A stretch of DNA of 64,000 nt from Gemmatimonadota bacterium (lineage in GTDB: Bacteria > Gemmatimonadota > Gemmatimonadetes > Gemmatimonadales > GWC2-71-9), in the NCBI GenBank assembly GCA_029863245.1, contig JAOTVV010000006.1, forward strand, positions 35,362-99,361, read 5' to 3'. Shown here piece by piece: positions 19,205 through 28,151 of the stretch. The notes below the pieces were generated by a model. The model made no database searches and had not been told where the DNA came from. It was given only the letters and a program-made list of their open reading frames with translations. Numbering within the stretch: position 1 is the first letter of the stretch; each line of letters begins with the position of its first letter. The position numbers and the translations under genes were made by a program.

Positions 19205-20537
19205 CGTCGGCATCTCACTGATCGTCACCCTCACCGCGGCATGCGAGCCGGGTGCTGGCACCACCGCCTACGTGGGCGCTGAGGTGTTCGACGGAACCGG
19301 GGCCCCGCTGCTCATGGACGCCGTGATCCTGGTAAAGGACGGACGGATCGAAGCCGTCGGCCCAGCGACGTCGATCGCCGTTCCCAAGGGAGCGGTCGAG
19401 GTACGGATCGACGGGAAGTGGGTCATTCCCGGGCTGATCGACGGGCACACCCACATCGAGCGGTGGACACTGGGTCGCTTTCTGGGCTACGGCGTCACCA
19501 CCGTGCGGGACATGGGCGGCATCCTCGACAGCGTGATCGCGCTGCGAGAAGCGGTCTCACTGGGGTCCACGCTCGGTCCCCGGATGTTTATCGCCGGCGC
19601 CATGATCGACGCGGCCCCGGCAACCTGGCCCAATGCCATCCAGGTCGGAACCACAACCGAGGGTCGAGCGGCCATCGACCGACTGGTGCTACTGGACGTC
19701 GACCAGGCGAAGGTCTACACCAAGGTGGATCGGCCGCTTCTCGAGGCCATCACCGACGAGGCCAACGTGCTGAACCTTCCGCTCGCCGCGCACCTCGGTC
19801 GCGTCGACGCGCTCACGGCGGCCCGGCTCGGTATCCGGTTCCTCGAGCACATGTCGGGCGTGGTGGAGGCTACCGCCACCGACCGTGGCCGGTATATCGC
19901 CGCGCACAACGACTTCTTTGGTGGGTGGAATCTTCAAGAGCGCACGTGGTCATCACTCGATTCCGCGGCCCTCGATCGCACCGCACGCGAGCTGGTGCAG
20001 CTCGGCGTCAGCATCGTGCCGACCCTGACATTTCACGAGGTTTGGGCCAACCTGACGAATCCGCGTTTCATCGAGCGGTTGGATCTCTCTGCCGTGCCAG
20101 AGACCGTGCGCCAGGACTGGGACATCCCGGATCTCATCTGGCGGGCGGACCTCGACGAGCAGCAGTTCCAGGCGTTCCGGCGAGCGCGACCCTATCAGGA
20201 CCGATTCGTTCGCATGTTTCATCGGCTCGGAGGATCGGTAATCGCCGGGTCGGATGCGCCGAATCAGCTGCTCGCGCCCGGAGCGAGCCTGCACGACGAG
20301 ATGGCGCTCCTGGTTCGCGCCGGCCTCTTACCGCGTGACGCTCTCTTGGCGGCGACCGGAACGACTGCTCGCCTCCTCGGCGCGGACTCGATCGGCGTCC
20401 TTCGCGCTGGCGCCCTGGCCGATTTCGTGATTTTGAACGCCAACCCATTGGAGGACATTCGGAACAGTCGCAACATCGACCGGGTCGTGTATCGCGGCGT
20501 GGCCTACACCCCGGCGGAGCTGAGGGAGAGACCGTGA
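19176..20537 (+). CDS. Metal-dependent amidohydrolase (lipoprotein)
   Basis: Track ORF 18825-20537. ATG 19176 gives MTIRHLIRSSVGISLIVTLTAAC (lipobox). Amidohydrolase motifs are VILVKDGRIEAVG, VIPGLIDGHTHIE and a C-terminal GSDAP motif. Confidence 0.8.
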   Translation: MTIRHLIRSSVGISLIVTLTAACEPGAGTTAYVGAEVFDGTGAPLLMDAVILVKDGRIEAVGPATSIAVPKGAVEVRIDGKWVIPGLIDGHTHIERWTLGRFLGYGVTTVRDMGGILDSVIALREAVSLGSTLGPRMFIAGAMIDAAPATWPNAIQVGTTTEGRAAIDRLVLLDVDQAKVYTKVDRPLLEAITDEANVLNLPLAAHLGRVDALTAARLGIRFLEHMSGVVEATATDRGRYIAAHNDFFGGWNLQERTWSSLDSAALDRTARELVQLGVSIVPTLTFHEVWANLTNPRFIERLDLSAVPETVRQDWDIPDLIWRADLDEQQFQAFRRARPYQDRFVRMFHRLGGSVIAGSDAPNQLLAPGASLHDEMALLVRAGLLPRDALLAATGTTARLLGADSIGVLRAGALADFVILNANPLEDIRNSRNIDRVVYRGVAYTPAELRERP

Positions 20538-22219
20538 GCATCGCGCGAGGACTCCTCCTAACCCTGGCCATTGTCACGGTTTCGGCTTGTGCGCCAGCCG
20601 ACAGACTGGACATCGTCTTCCAGGGCGGCTGGATCGTCGACGGCACCGGGAATCCCAGGTACCGAGCGGACATCGGCATCCGAGGCGACCGAATCGTGGC
20701 CATTGGCCGACTCGACGAGGCGCCCACGCGCGAGCGAGTCGACGTGTCCGGACTGATCGTCGCACCAGGCTTCATCGACATGCTGGGATGGTCCGACATC
20801 AAGGTGCTGGCCGACGGGCGGGCGGCGAGCAAGATCACGCAGGGGATCACGACCGAGATCACGGGAGAGGGGTCGTCCGTCGCGCCGCAGACCGATGCGA
20901 CAATCGCCGAGGATGCCGAGTACTACGCATCCCTGGGCGTGACCGTCGACTGGCGAGACCTGGATGGATATTTCCGGAGGCTCGAGCAAGCGGGCTCGGC
21001 CATCAACATCGCGACCTTCGTTGGTGCCACCCAGATCCGGAAGATCGTGCTTGGTAACGAGGATCGCGCTCCCACCGCAGACGAGATGGCCCGCATGACG
21101 GCGCTCGTCGATTCGGCGATGCACCAGGGAGCACTCGGTGTCTCCACGTCACTCGTGTACGCGCCAGCCTTCTATGCCACGACAGCCGAGCTCGTTGAAC
21201 TGGCCCGGGCCGCCGGACGACATGGGGGGATCTACGCCACCCACCTGCGCAACGAGGGCGCGGGGCTCGATGACGCACTCGACGAAGCGCTCGCCATTGC
21301 CCGCGCCGCCGACATCCCCGTCGAGATCTGGCATTTGAAGCGCGCCGGTCGGGAGACCTGGGGCGACATGCCGCGTGTACTGGCCCGCATCGACTCCGCG
21401 CGGGCGTCGGGCATCGACGTGACGGCAGACGTGTATCCGTACCAGGCGTCCGCCACTGGGCTTGCCGCGAGCATCCCACAATGGGCCCATGAAGGCGGGA
21501 CGGCCGAAATGATCGGGCGGCTTCGCGACCCGGCCGCCCGGCATCGCATCCGAGCCGACATGCTCGATCCTCCGGTCGGCGCCGAGAGCTTCTTCCGGGG
21601 CGCGGGAGGCGCACCGGGCGTCCTGGTTGCCGGCGTGCTGGCCGATTCTCTCAAGTACCTCGAAGGAAAATCGGTGGCGCAGATCGCGGCTCTCTGGGGT
21701 ACGGATCCCATCGACGCGCTCTTCGACCTCGTGATCAAGGACAATGGGAACACCGGCGCGATCTACTTCAGTATGAGCGAAGGCGACGTTCGGGCGGCGG
21801 TGGGCGAATGGTGGACCAGCTTCTGCACCGACTATGGCGCCGTCGCGCCCGACGGGATTCTCTCGCGAGACAAGGTGCACCCTCGGGTGTACGGCAGCTT
21901 CCCGCGTATCCTCGGCAGGTACGTGCGGGAGCATGGCGTGCTCAAACTCGAGGATGCCATCAGGAAGATGACATCGCAGCCCGCGCAGCGAGTGGGCTTG
22001 CTCGATCGCGGGCTCCTGCGACCCCAGATGGCCGCGGATATCACCGTCTTTGACGCACGCACGATTATCGATCGCGCGACGTTCGAAGATCCTCATCAGC
22101 CATCCGAAGGGGTGCGCTACGTGGTGGTCAACGGGCAAATGGTCTTGGAGAACGGCCAGCTCACCACGGCGAGACCCGGTCGTGGCCTGCGGGGTCCGGG
22201 ATGGACCGGCCCCCGGTAG
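20534..22219 (+). CDS. N-acyl-D-amino-acid deacylase (D-aminoacylase) family amidohydrolase (lipoprotein)
   Basis: GTG 20534 overlaps the upstream stop (GTGA). Lipobox LAIVTVSAC. Family motifs are DIVFQGGWIVDGTGNPRYRADIGIRGDRIVAIG and APGFIDMLGWSD. Confidence 0.85.
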   Translation: MSIARGLLLTLAIVTVSACAPADRLDIVFQGGWIVDGTGNPRYRADIGIRGDRIVAIGRLDEAPTRERVDVSGLIVAPGFIDMLGWSDIKVLADGRAASKITQGITTEITGEGSSVAPQTDATIAEDAEYYASLGVTVDWRDLDGYFRRLEQAGSAINIATFVGATQIRKIVLGNEDRAPTADEMARMTALVDSAMHQGALGVSTSLVYAPAFYATTAELVELARAAGRHGGIYATHLRNEGAGLDDALDEALAIARAADIPVEIWHLKRAGRETWGDMPRVLARIDSARASGIDVTADVYPYQASATGLAASIPQWAHEGGTAEMIGRLRDPAARHRIRADMLDPPVGAESFFRGAGGAPGVLVAGVLADSLKYLEGKSVAQIAALWGTDPIDALFDLVIKDNGNTGAIYFSMSEGDVRAAVGEWWTSFCTDYGAVAPDGILSRDKVHPRVYGSFPRILGRYVREHGVLKLEDAIRKMTSQPAQRVGLLDRGLLRPQMAADITVFDARTIIDRATFEDPHQPSEGVRYVVVNGQMVLENGQLTTARPGRGLRGPGWTGPR

Positions 22220-22243
22220 CCACCCCCGTGGTCCGCGACTCAC

Positions 22244-23131
22244 ATGACGACCGAGATCCGCACGGCGATTGAACGGACCACCGCGTTCTTCGAGGGACGG
22301 CACACCCGCCCGGCTGTCGTTGCCCGTCGCTGTGTTGGCCATCCCCGCCCCGAAGACGCCGAGCTCACCGAACATCTCGTTCGGGCTATCCGCCGCAAGA
22401 CCCGCATCGATGGGAGCGTTCACGGCTCCCTGATGGACACTGCCTGGGCTGCCTGGGAACTGCTGGAGCTCGGGTGCCAGGCCGATCACGCGGCAGTCAT
22501 CCGGACCGCCGGCTTCATCCTCCAAACCGAAGATCGGGACGGGCACTTTGGCGAGGGATGCGTCGACGAGCGGCATGTGCGGCACCGGTGCCGGCATTTC
22601 CTGAGCGGGTTCTTCTCCCCCGGATCGTGGGATCACCCGACTGCGCCGCTCGAGTTTCCCTCTGGCCTTAGGATCGATGATGAACAGGGCGCCAGGTTCG
22701 CCGTCAGCTGTTACGTCTTACGGAGCGTCCTCCGCGCCGGCGCAGATCGGCGCAGCGCCGTGCGGCGTCACGTCGACTCGCTCCTCTCGCTCTCCGCGCT
22801 CTGGGACGAAGACGGCGGCTGGGCTCCGGACCTCGTCATGGGTGCGCTGGGAGCGCTGGCCTACGCTTCGATCGACTATCGATCGAAGGTCGTCGGCCTC
22901 GGGCGGCGGATCCTGGATCGGCAGCAGAACGACGGCTCGTGGACCAACACGCACGCGTTCCACGCCTTGGAGATGTTCCTGGGCCTGACGGGACCGGAGG
23001 TGGTGGTGGCGGCCCGCCGCGCGGCGCCGGCCCTCATCGGGCGACAGACTCCCGAGGGGGCCTTCGATCCGACCGGCAACGAAGAGCCGGCGCTGATCGC
23101 CCTGCGTGTGCTTCTCCTCGCCGAGAGATAG
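22244..23131 (+). CDS. Hypothetical protein with prenyltransferase/terpene-cyclase-like alpha/alpha-toroid repeats
   Basis: Repeated segments of the type DGSVHGSLMDTAWAAWELLELG, DRDGHFGEG, QQNDGSWTNTHAFHALEMFL and QTPEGAFDP resemble prenyltransferase/squalene-oxidase repeats. Family assignment is from memory. Confidence 0.5.
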   Translation: MTTEIRTAIERTTAFFEGRHTRPAVVARRCVGHPRPEDAELTEHLVRAIRRKTRIDGSVHGSLMDTAWAAWELLELGCQADHAAVIRTAGFILQTEDRDGHFGEGCVDERHVRHRCRHFLSGFFSPGSWDHPTAPLEFPSGLRIDDEQGARFAVSCYVLRSVLRAGADRRSAVRRHVDSLLSLSALWDEDGGWAPDLVMGALGALAYASIDYRSKVVGLGRRILDRQQNDGSWTNTHAFHALEMFLGLTGPEVVVAARRAAPALIGRQTPEGAFDPTGNEEPALIALRVLLLAER

Positions 23132-23272
23132 GCCCTCGGCGGCGGACTCCGAACCCGCCTGCCGACCTGCTACCTTTCATCCTCGAATCACCACCGGGCA
23201 TGACCGTCGGGTTGACGGGTACCGATGGGCCCGTTCAGCGAATCACCCTTCATGGAAGGGCATGAGACATCG

Positions 23273-24358
23273 ATGGCCGACGCTCCGCGGGACCAGCGGC
23301 CGAGCATTCGACTGACGACACTGTCACACGGCGCAGGCTGAGCCTGCAAGCTCGGCTCCGCTGAGCTGGCGCAGGTCCTGCGCCACCTCCCCGCGGTCGA
23401 CGATCCGCGGGCGCTCGTGACAGCCCTGACACGCGACGATGCCGCGGTGTATCGCATATCCGACACCCGCGCCATCGTGGCGACGGTGGATTTCTTCACG
23501 CCGATCGTCGACGATCCGTACACGTTCGGGGCGATCGCGGCAACCAACGCGCTGAGCGATTTGTACGCGATGGGAGCGACGCCGCTCTTTGCGCTCAACA
23601 TCGTTGCGTGGCCTCGCGACCCTGAGGTGCTGGAACTGGTGGCCGACACCGTGCGCGGTGCCGTCGACAAGGCGCGCGAGGCAGGGATGTTCGTGCTTGG
23701 CGGCCACTCCATCGAGGACCCGGAGCCGAAGTTCGGCATGGTCGCCGTGGGGGAAGCGCACCCCGACCACCTGCTCACCAACGCAGGTGCGCAGCCCAAT
23801 GACTATCTGGTCCTCACCAAACCCCTGGGGACGGGCGTGCTCGCCACGGCACTGAAGCGCGGCACGATCACCGAAGGCGACATGACCAGGGCCATCACGG
23901 CCATGACCACCCTCAACGCAGGAGCCCTGGCGGCGGTGCGATCGGTGGGAAGCGCCGTGCACGCCGTGACGGACGTGACCGGATTCGGACTCGTGGGTCA
24001 CGCCTATAACCTGGTGGCGGCAAGCGGCGTCGGCGCCCGGCTGTTCGCCGATCGGGTGCCGGTTTTCCCCCAAGTCCCCGAGATGATTCGTACCGACGCG
24101 GTGCCGGGCGGTACTGTCCGCAATGCTGACGCGGCGAAGGCCTGGACGACATGGTCGTCGGACGTCGACCCGGTGGTCCGGACGATCCTCTGCGATGCCC
24201 AGACCTCGGGCGGACTCCTCATCGCCGTGGCCTCGGACGCCGTCGATGCCCTGGTGCAGGCCCTCAAACGGGAGAGGACCCCCTCGGCTGCCGTTGTCGG
24301 ACACGTCGTGGACCGCGGCAGCGGCACACCTATGGAGGTCGTACGGGATGGTACGTAA
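23273..24358 (+). CDS. selD: Selenide, water dikinase (selenophosphate synthetase) with in-frame UGA selenocysteine
   Basis: The track shows only 23417-24358. Reading the same frame upstream from ATG 23273 gives MADAPRDQRPSIRLTTLSHGAG-UGA-ACKLGSAELAQVL...TRDDAAVYRISD...VDFFTPIVDDPYTFGAIAATNALSDLYAMG. This is colinear with E. coli SelD (IRLTQYSHGAGCGCKISP...TRDDAAVY...[30 protein letters not shown]). The UGA at 23339-23341 sits at the Cys17 position. Confidence 0.9.
23339..23384 (+). other. UGA-Sec codon plus candidate bacterial SECIS hairpin(s)
   Basis: UGA at 23339-23341. Hairpin A is CCTGCAAGCTC/GAGCT-GGC-GCAGG (23343-23376). Alternative hairpin B is GGCGCAG-GTC-CTGCGCC (23368-23384). The apex of hairpin B, GCAGGUCCUGC, resembles the E. 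coli fdhF SECIS apex GCAGGUCUGC. Confidence 0.65.
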
Positions 24359-24956
24359 GCACAGAGACTTCGTGGCAGTTCACGCTGACGAGAGCTGCCT
24401 CGGCAACGGACGGGACGGCGCCAACCCCGGAGGGGCGGGCTCGCTGATCGAGGTCGGGACACGCGATGGTGTGGTCCGCCGTGATGTCCAGATCTCCTCG
24501 CCCGATACCACCAACAACCGCATGGCGCTCGCCGGAGGCGTCGCGACATTTGCCCTGCTGTCTCGTAAGGGAAACCGATTCCGCGTGCTCTACGTCTCTG
24601 ATTCGGAATACCTGGTCAAAGGGATGGCCGAGTGGGTGCCGGCCTGGATCGCCAATGGCTGGCGTCGCAAGGGCGGAAAGATCGAGAACCTCGAGCTGTG
24701 GCAGAGGCTCGTCCAGGCCGTCGCAGGACACGAGGTGACGTGGCACTGGGTGCGGGGCCACGCCGGGCACGTCAAGAACGAGTACGCGAACGATCTGGCG
24801 ATGTGGGCCGCCCAACAACAAACCCATTCCGCGGGCGCGGTTCCCTCCCGGTTCGAGGAATGGCTCGCCGACCATCAGGCCCGAGGGCATTTCGACGGCT
24901 ACGAGGCCGATGCAGACTTCGCCGAGCTCCAGACACGGGCGGCGGCGGCCACATGA
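24348..24956 (+). CDS. rnhA: Ribonuclease HI with a C-terminal extension
   Basis: Track ORF 24123-24956. ATG 24348 (MVRKHRDFVAVHADESCLGNG) overlaps the selD end by 11 nt. RNase H motifs are TNNRMALAG, YVSDSEYLVKGM and WHWVRGHAGHVKNEYANDLA. Confidence 0.85.
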   Translation: MVRKHRDFVAVHADESCLGNGRDGANPGGAGSLIEVGTRDGVVRRDVQISSPDTTNNRMALAGGVATFALLSRKGNRFRVLYVSDSEYLVKGMAEWVPAWIANGWRRKGGKIENLELWQRLVQAVAGHEVTWHWVRGHAGHVKNEYANDLAMWAAQQQTHSAGAVPSRFEEWLADHQARGHFDGYEADADFAELQTRAAAAT

Positions 24957-25453
24957 CGACCTCCAAGGATGGCGTCGCCGGGAACACGCATCCACTCAAT
25001 CGACTGCCCGACGGCGCGGAACCACAACTCGACCGCATTCCTTTGTTCGAGGTCTACATGCGGATGGCCGAGGAGCTGGCCAAGCGATCGACCTGCAACC
25101 GGCTCCAGGTCGGCACGGTGGTGACCGATGCTCAGCTGGAGAACGTGGTGGCGATCGGCTACAACGGGAACGCCAAGGGGCTACCCAACCGGTGTGACTC
25201 CACCGTGCCGGGGAACTGCGGATGCATCCACTCCGAGGTGAACGCGCTGGTGAAGGCACCGGGAGGAATGCGAGACAAGGTCCTCTTCGTGACCGACAGC
25301 CCCTGCGTAGCGTGCGCAAAGCTCATGATCAACGCCGGCGCCACACACGTGTTCTACCGCCGGCTGTATCGTGATCCCAGTGGGATCGAGCTGCTGGCTT
25401 CGTCGGGGGTGATACCCGTGCTATACGACCGCTGGGCAAACGCTTGGAGATAA
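24953..25453 (+). CDS. Deoxycytidylate (dCMP) deaminase, zinc-dependent
   Basis: Track ORF 24632-25453. ATG 24953 overlaps the rnhA stop (ATGA). CDA-fold motifs are CIHSEVNAL (HxE) and SPCVACAKLM (PCxxC). Confidence 0.85.
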   Translation: MTTSKDGVAGNTHPLNRLPDGAEPQLDRIPLFEVYMRMAEELAKRSTCNRLQVGTVVTDAQLENVVAIGYNGNAKGLPNRCDSTVPGNCGCIHSEVNALVKAPGGMRDKVLFVTDSPCVACAKLMINAGATHVFYRRLYRDPSGIELLASSGVIPVLYDRWANAWR

Positions 25454-25461
25454 CGCCGACC

Positions 25462-26145
25462 ATGGACGACGTCGATCGTCTCTTCCACTATCTCGTCAAC
25501 CACCTGGCGACCTCGGCACCGGAGTACCTGCGGCGTCCGTTCCAGGTGTCGGAACTGTACCAGAGGTTGATCCCCTATCGGCATCACCGAACCGCCTTGG
25601 GGTTCGGCGCAATCGAGGACTACGAGTTCGCCCTGCTCAAGTTACTGGCTGGTGAGCGAGGCTACGCTCACCTGGATCCCGACGATGCTCAACGTGCGCT
25701 GGCCTCCGAGCTCGAAGCCATCAGCCCCACCCCGGGCGCGTTTCGGGAATTCGCGGCGGCTTCGGTGACCCTCGATCAGCAGGCCGTGAAACGTCTTCTC
25801 GATCCGCAGACTGCGTACGCCCCAGCCGCAGCGGCACCCACAAACCCGTCCGCGTACGCGCCTCCGGCCATTACGAGACCGCCAGGGCCGCTTGCCGATT
25901 TCGCGGCGCATGCGACGAGCCCGATCGACATGATGCCGACCGGCCCGAACGACACCCGGCCCATCCGCTCTTCCGAACTGTGCCCCGGCTGCGGCGAGAA
26001 CCTGCCGACCGGCCGACCGGCCCACTACTGCCCATTCTGCGGACTGCGGCTCGGTGAAGTGGAGTGCCGGCAGTGCGGTGAGACACTCGACCTTGCCTGG
26101 GTCTTCTGTCTCACATGTGGCACCAAGATCGACGTCGCGCGGTGA
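25462..26145 (+). CDS. Hypothetical protein with C-terminal double zinc ribbon
   Basis: ATG 25462 lies 12 nt after GGAGA (the track start is TTG 25444). I recognise no family for the N-terminal domain. A Pro/Ala-rich linker follows. The C-terminus is CPGCGENLPTGRPAHYCPFCGLRLGEVECRQCGETLDLAWVFCLTCGTKI. Confidence 0.6.
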   Translation: MDDVDRLFHYLVNHLATSAPEYLRRPFQVSELYQRLIPYRHHRTALGFGAIEDYEFALLKLLAGERGYAHLDPDDAQRALASELEAISPTPGAFREFAAASVTLDQQAVKRLLDPQTAYAPAAAAPTNPSAYAPPAITRPPGPLADFAAHATSPIDMMPTGPNDTRPIRSSELCPGCGENLPTGRPAHYCPFCGLRLGEVECRQCGETLDLAWVFCLTCGTKIDVAR

Positions 26146-27221
26146 CCAAGCAGTTTCGCATCGCCGTCATTCCCGGAGACGGCATTGGGCCCGAGGTGAT
26201 CGACGCGGCGCTGCCCGCACTCGAGGCCGCCGCGGCCACCGAGGGCGCCAGAATGAACTGGCACCGGCTTCCCTATGGCGCCGATCATTACCTGGCAACC
26301 GGTGAGACGCTCCCGGATGCCGGGTTCGCCGAGCTGCGCGACGGGGTCGACGGGATCCTGCTCGGCGCCCTCGGTGACCCTCGCGTACCCGACAACCAGC
26401 ACGCGCGCGACATCCTGCTCGGTCTCCGATTCCGGTTGGATCTCTACGTCAACTTCCGGCCGTGCCGTCTGCTGCACCCGGCGCTCTGTCCCCTGCGTGA
26501 GCGGGATCCGCGCACTCCCGGTCGGTCGATCGACTTCGCGATCTTCCGTGAGAACACGGAAGGGGGCTATCTCGGCCAGGGGACCGCTGAGCACGTCGGC
26601 ACGGCCGAGGAGCGACAAGTCACGCACGAGATCCATACCGCACCCAAGGTGACGCGTATTCTCCGAGCTGCGTTCGAGTGGGCGAAGGCAAACGGCAGGA
26701 CCCGCATCACCATGTCGGACAAATCGAACGCCGTGCCCGCCCACCGCCTCTGGGGACGGCTGTTCGCCGAAGTGGGCGCGGCGTACCCCGACATCACGCA
26801 GGAGCATCGCTACGTCGATGCCCTGGCCATGGAGCTGGTGCGCGACCCGGAGCGGTTTCAGGTCATCGTCACCAACAACCTCTTCGGAGACATCCTGTCC
26901 GATCTCGGCGCGGAGTTGGTGGGCGGACTCGGGTTGGCAGCAAGTGCCAACATCCACCCCGGCCGTCCCGGACTGTTCGAGCCGGTGCACGGATCGGCGC
27001 CGACGATTGCCGGTCGTGGCATCGCCAACCCGTTGGCGAGCATCCTAAGCGGGAGCCTCCTGCTCGATCATCTCGGCCTGGCCGGTGCAGCCGAACGCCT
27101 CACCGCGGCGGTGCGAGCCGACCTCGATGCTGGGGTCACCACCCCCGATCTCGGGGGCACGGCCTCGACTACCGAGGTCGGCAGGTGGATCACCGCATGG
27201 CTGCAGCACTCCCGCTCCTAG
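26142..27221 (+). CDS. Isocitrate/isopropylmalate dehydrogenase-family oxidative decarboxylase (tartrate / 3-isopropylmalate dehydrogenase-like)
   Basis: GTG 26142 overlaps the upstream stop (GTGA). Motifs are FRIAVIPGDGIGPEV, NLFGDILSDLGAELVGGLGLAASAN and EPVHGSAP. Confidence 0.85.
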   Translation: MTKQFRIAVIPGDGIGPEVIDAALPALEAAAATEGARMNWHRLPYGADHYLATGETLPDAGFAELRDGVDGILLGALGDPRVPDNQHARDILLGLRFRLDLYVNFRPCRLLHPALCPLRERDPRTPGRSIDFAIFRENTEGGYLGQGTAEHVGTAEERQVTHEIHTAPKVTRILRAAFEWAKANGRTRITMSDKSNAVPAHRLWGRLFAEVGAAYPDITQEHRYVDALAMELVRDPERFQVIVTNNLFGDILSDLGAELVGGLGLAASANIHPGRPGLFEPVHGSAPTIAGRGIANPLASILSGSLLLDHLGLAGAAERLTAAVRADLDAGVTTPDLGGTASTTEVGRWITAWLQHSRS

Positions 27222-27304
27222 GGCACCCCCAGCCCGCCACGGCGCGCCTCATTGTGGACCGGTACGACCGGCGCCAACTTCATAGGGAGAACCCATAGGG
27301 GCCC

Positions 27305-28135
27305 ATGACCGATCTCGTACCCCAGACGTCCCGGATCGACCGCCCGGCGTTGGAGCGCATCATCAGGCGGGCTGCCGAGCTGCAGGCAAGCGCGCGGGAC
27401 ATTGGTGACGGACTCACCGAGCAGGATCTCCTGGACCTCGGCCAGGAGGTCGGGATCCCCGGCGGCTATTTGCAGCAGGCGCTGTTGGAAGAGCAGACCC
27501 GGACGGTAGCACTCACCGAACCGGGGGTCGGAGCGTGGCTCGCCGGCCCGCGGCATATCCTCACCCAGCGATCGATCCCTGGTGAGGCCGATCGCCTCCA
27601 GGCGGCCCTCAACCACTGGATGACGGCCGGGGAACTGTTGACCGTCAAGCGGAGATTCCCCGACCGGACCTCGTGGGAAGCTCGGCAAGACGTCTTTTCC
27701 TCGATCAAGCGAGAACTGAAAGTGGGTGGACGACCGTACCGACTCGCCCGCGCCAAGGAGATCGTCGGCCGAGTTACCCACCTGGAAGATGGCCGGGCGC
27801 ACGTCCAGCTGCTTGCCGACCTCTCCAACACACGGCGCGCGCATCTGGCCGGCGGCGCGACGCTCGGCGGCCTGGGTGCCGTGGCAACCGCTCTTGGCTT
27901 GACCATCGGCGTGGCCCTGCCCGTCGCGTTGATTCCTCTCGGCTTAGGCGCCCTATTGGGCACGATGGTGGCGCGGCGGCGGTACAGCCAGGTGGAGCGG
28001 GTGCACGTGGCCCTCGAGCAGGTGCTGGACCGACTGGAGCACGAAGAGGTCAAGCTCCCAGGCGGGCTGGATGGCCAACGAACGGGCGCGCTCGAACGGA
28101 TCGCCGGCGAGATCCGGCGAAGCCTCGGCATGTGA
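27305..28135 (+). CDS. Hypothetical membrane protein (soluble N-terminal domain, two C-terminal TM helices)
   Basis: ORF with a plausible ATG. The hydrophobic stretch GGATLGGLGAVATALGLTIGVALPVALIPLGLGALLGTMVA lies near the C-terminus. I recognise no family. Confidence 0.55.
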   Translation: MTDLVPQTSRIDRPALERIIRRAAELQASARDIGDGLTEQDLLDLGQEVGIPGGYLQQALLEEQTRTVALTEPGVGAWLAGPRHILTQRSIPGEADRLQAALNHWMTAGELLTVKRRFPDRTSWEARQDVFSSIKRELKVGGRPYRLARAKEIVGRVTHLEDGRAHVQLLADLSNTRRAHLAGGATLGGLGAVATALGLTIGVALPVALIPLGLGALLGTMVARRRYSQVERVHVALEQVLDRLEHEEVKLPGGLDGQRTGALERIAGEIRRSLGM

Positions 28136-28151
28136 CACAGGCACGAGCGAT

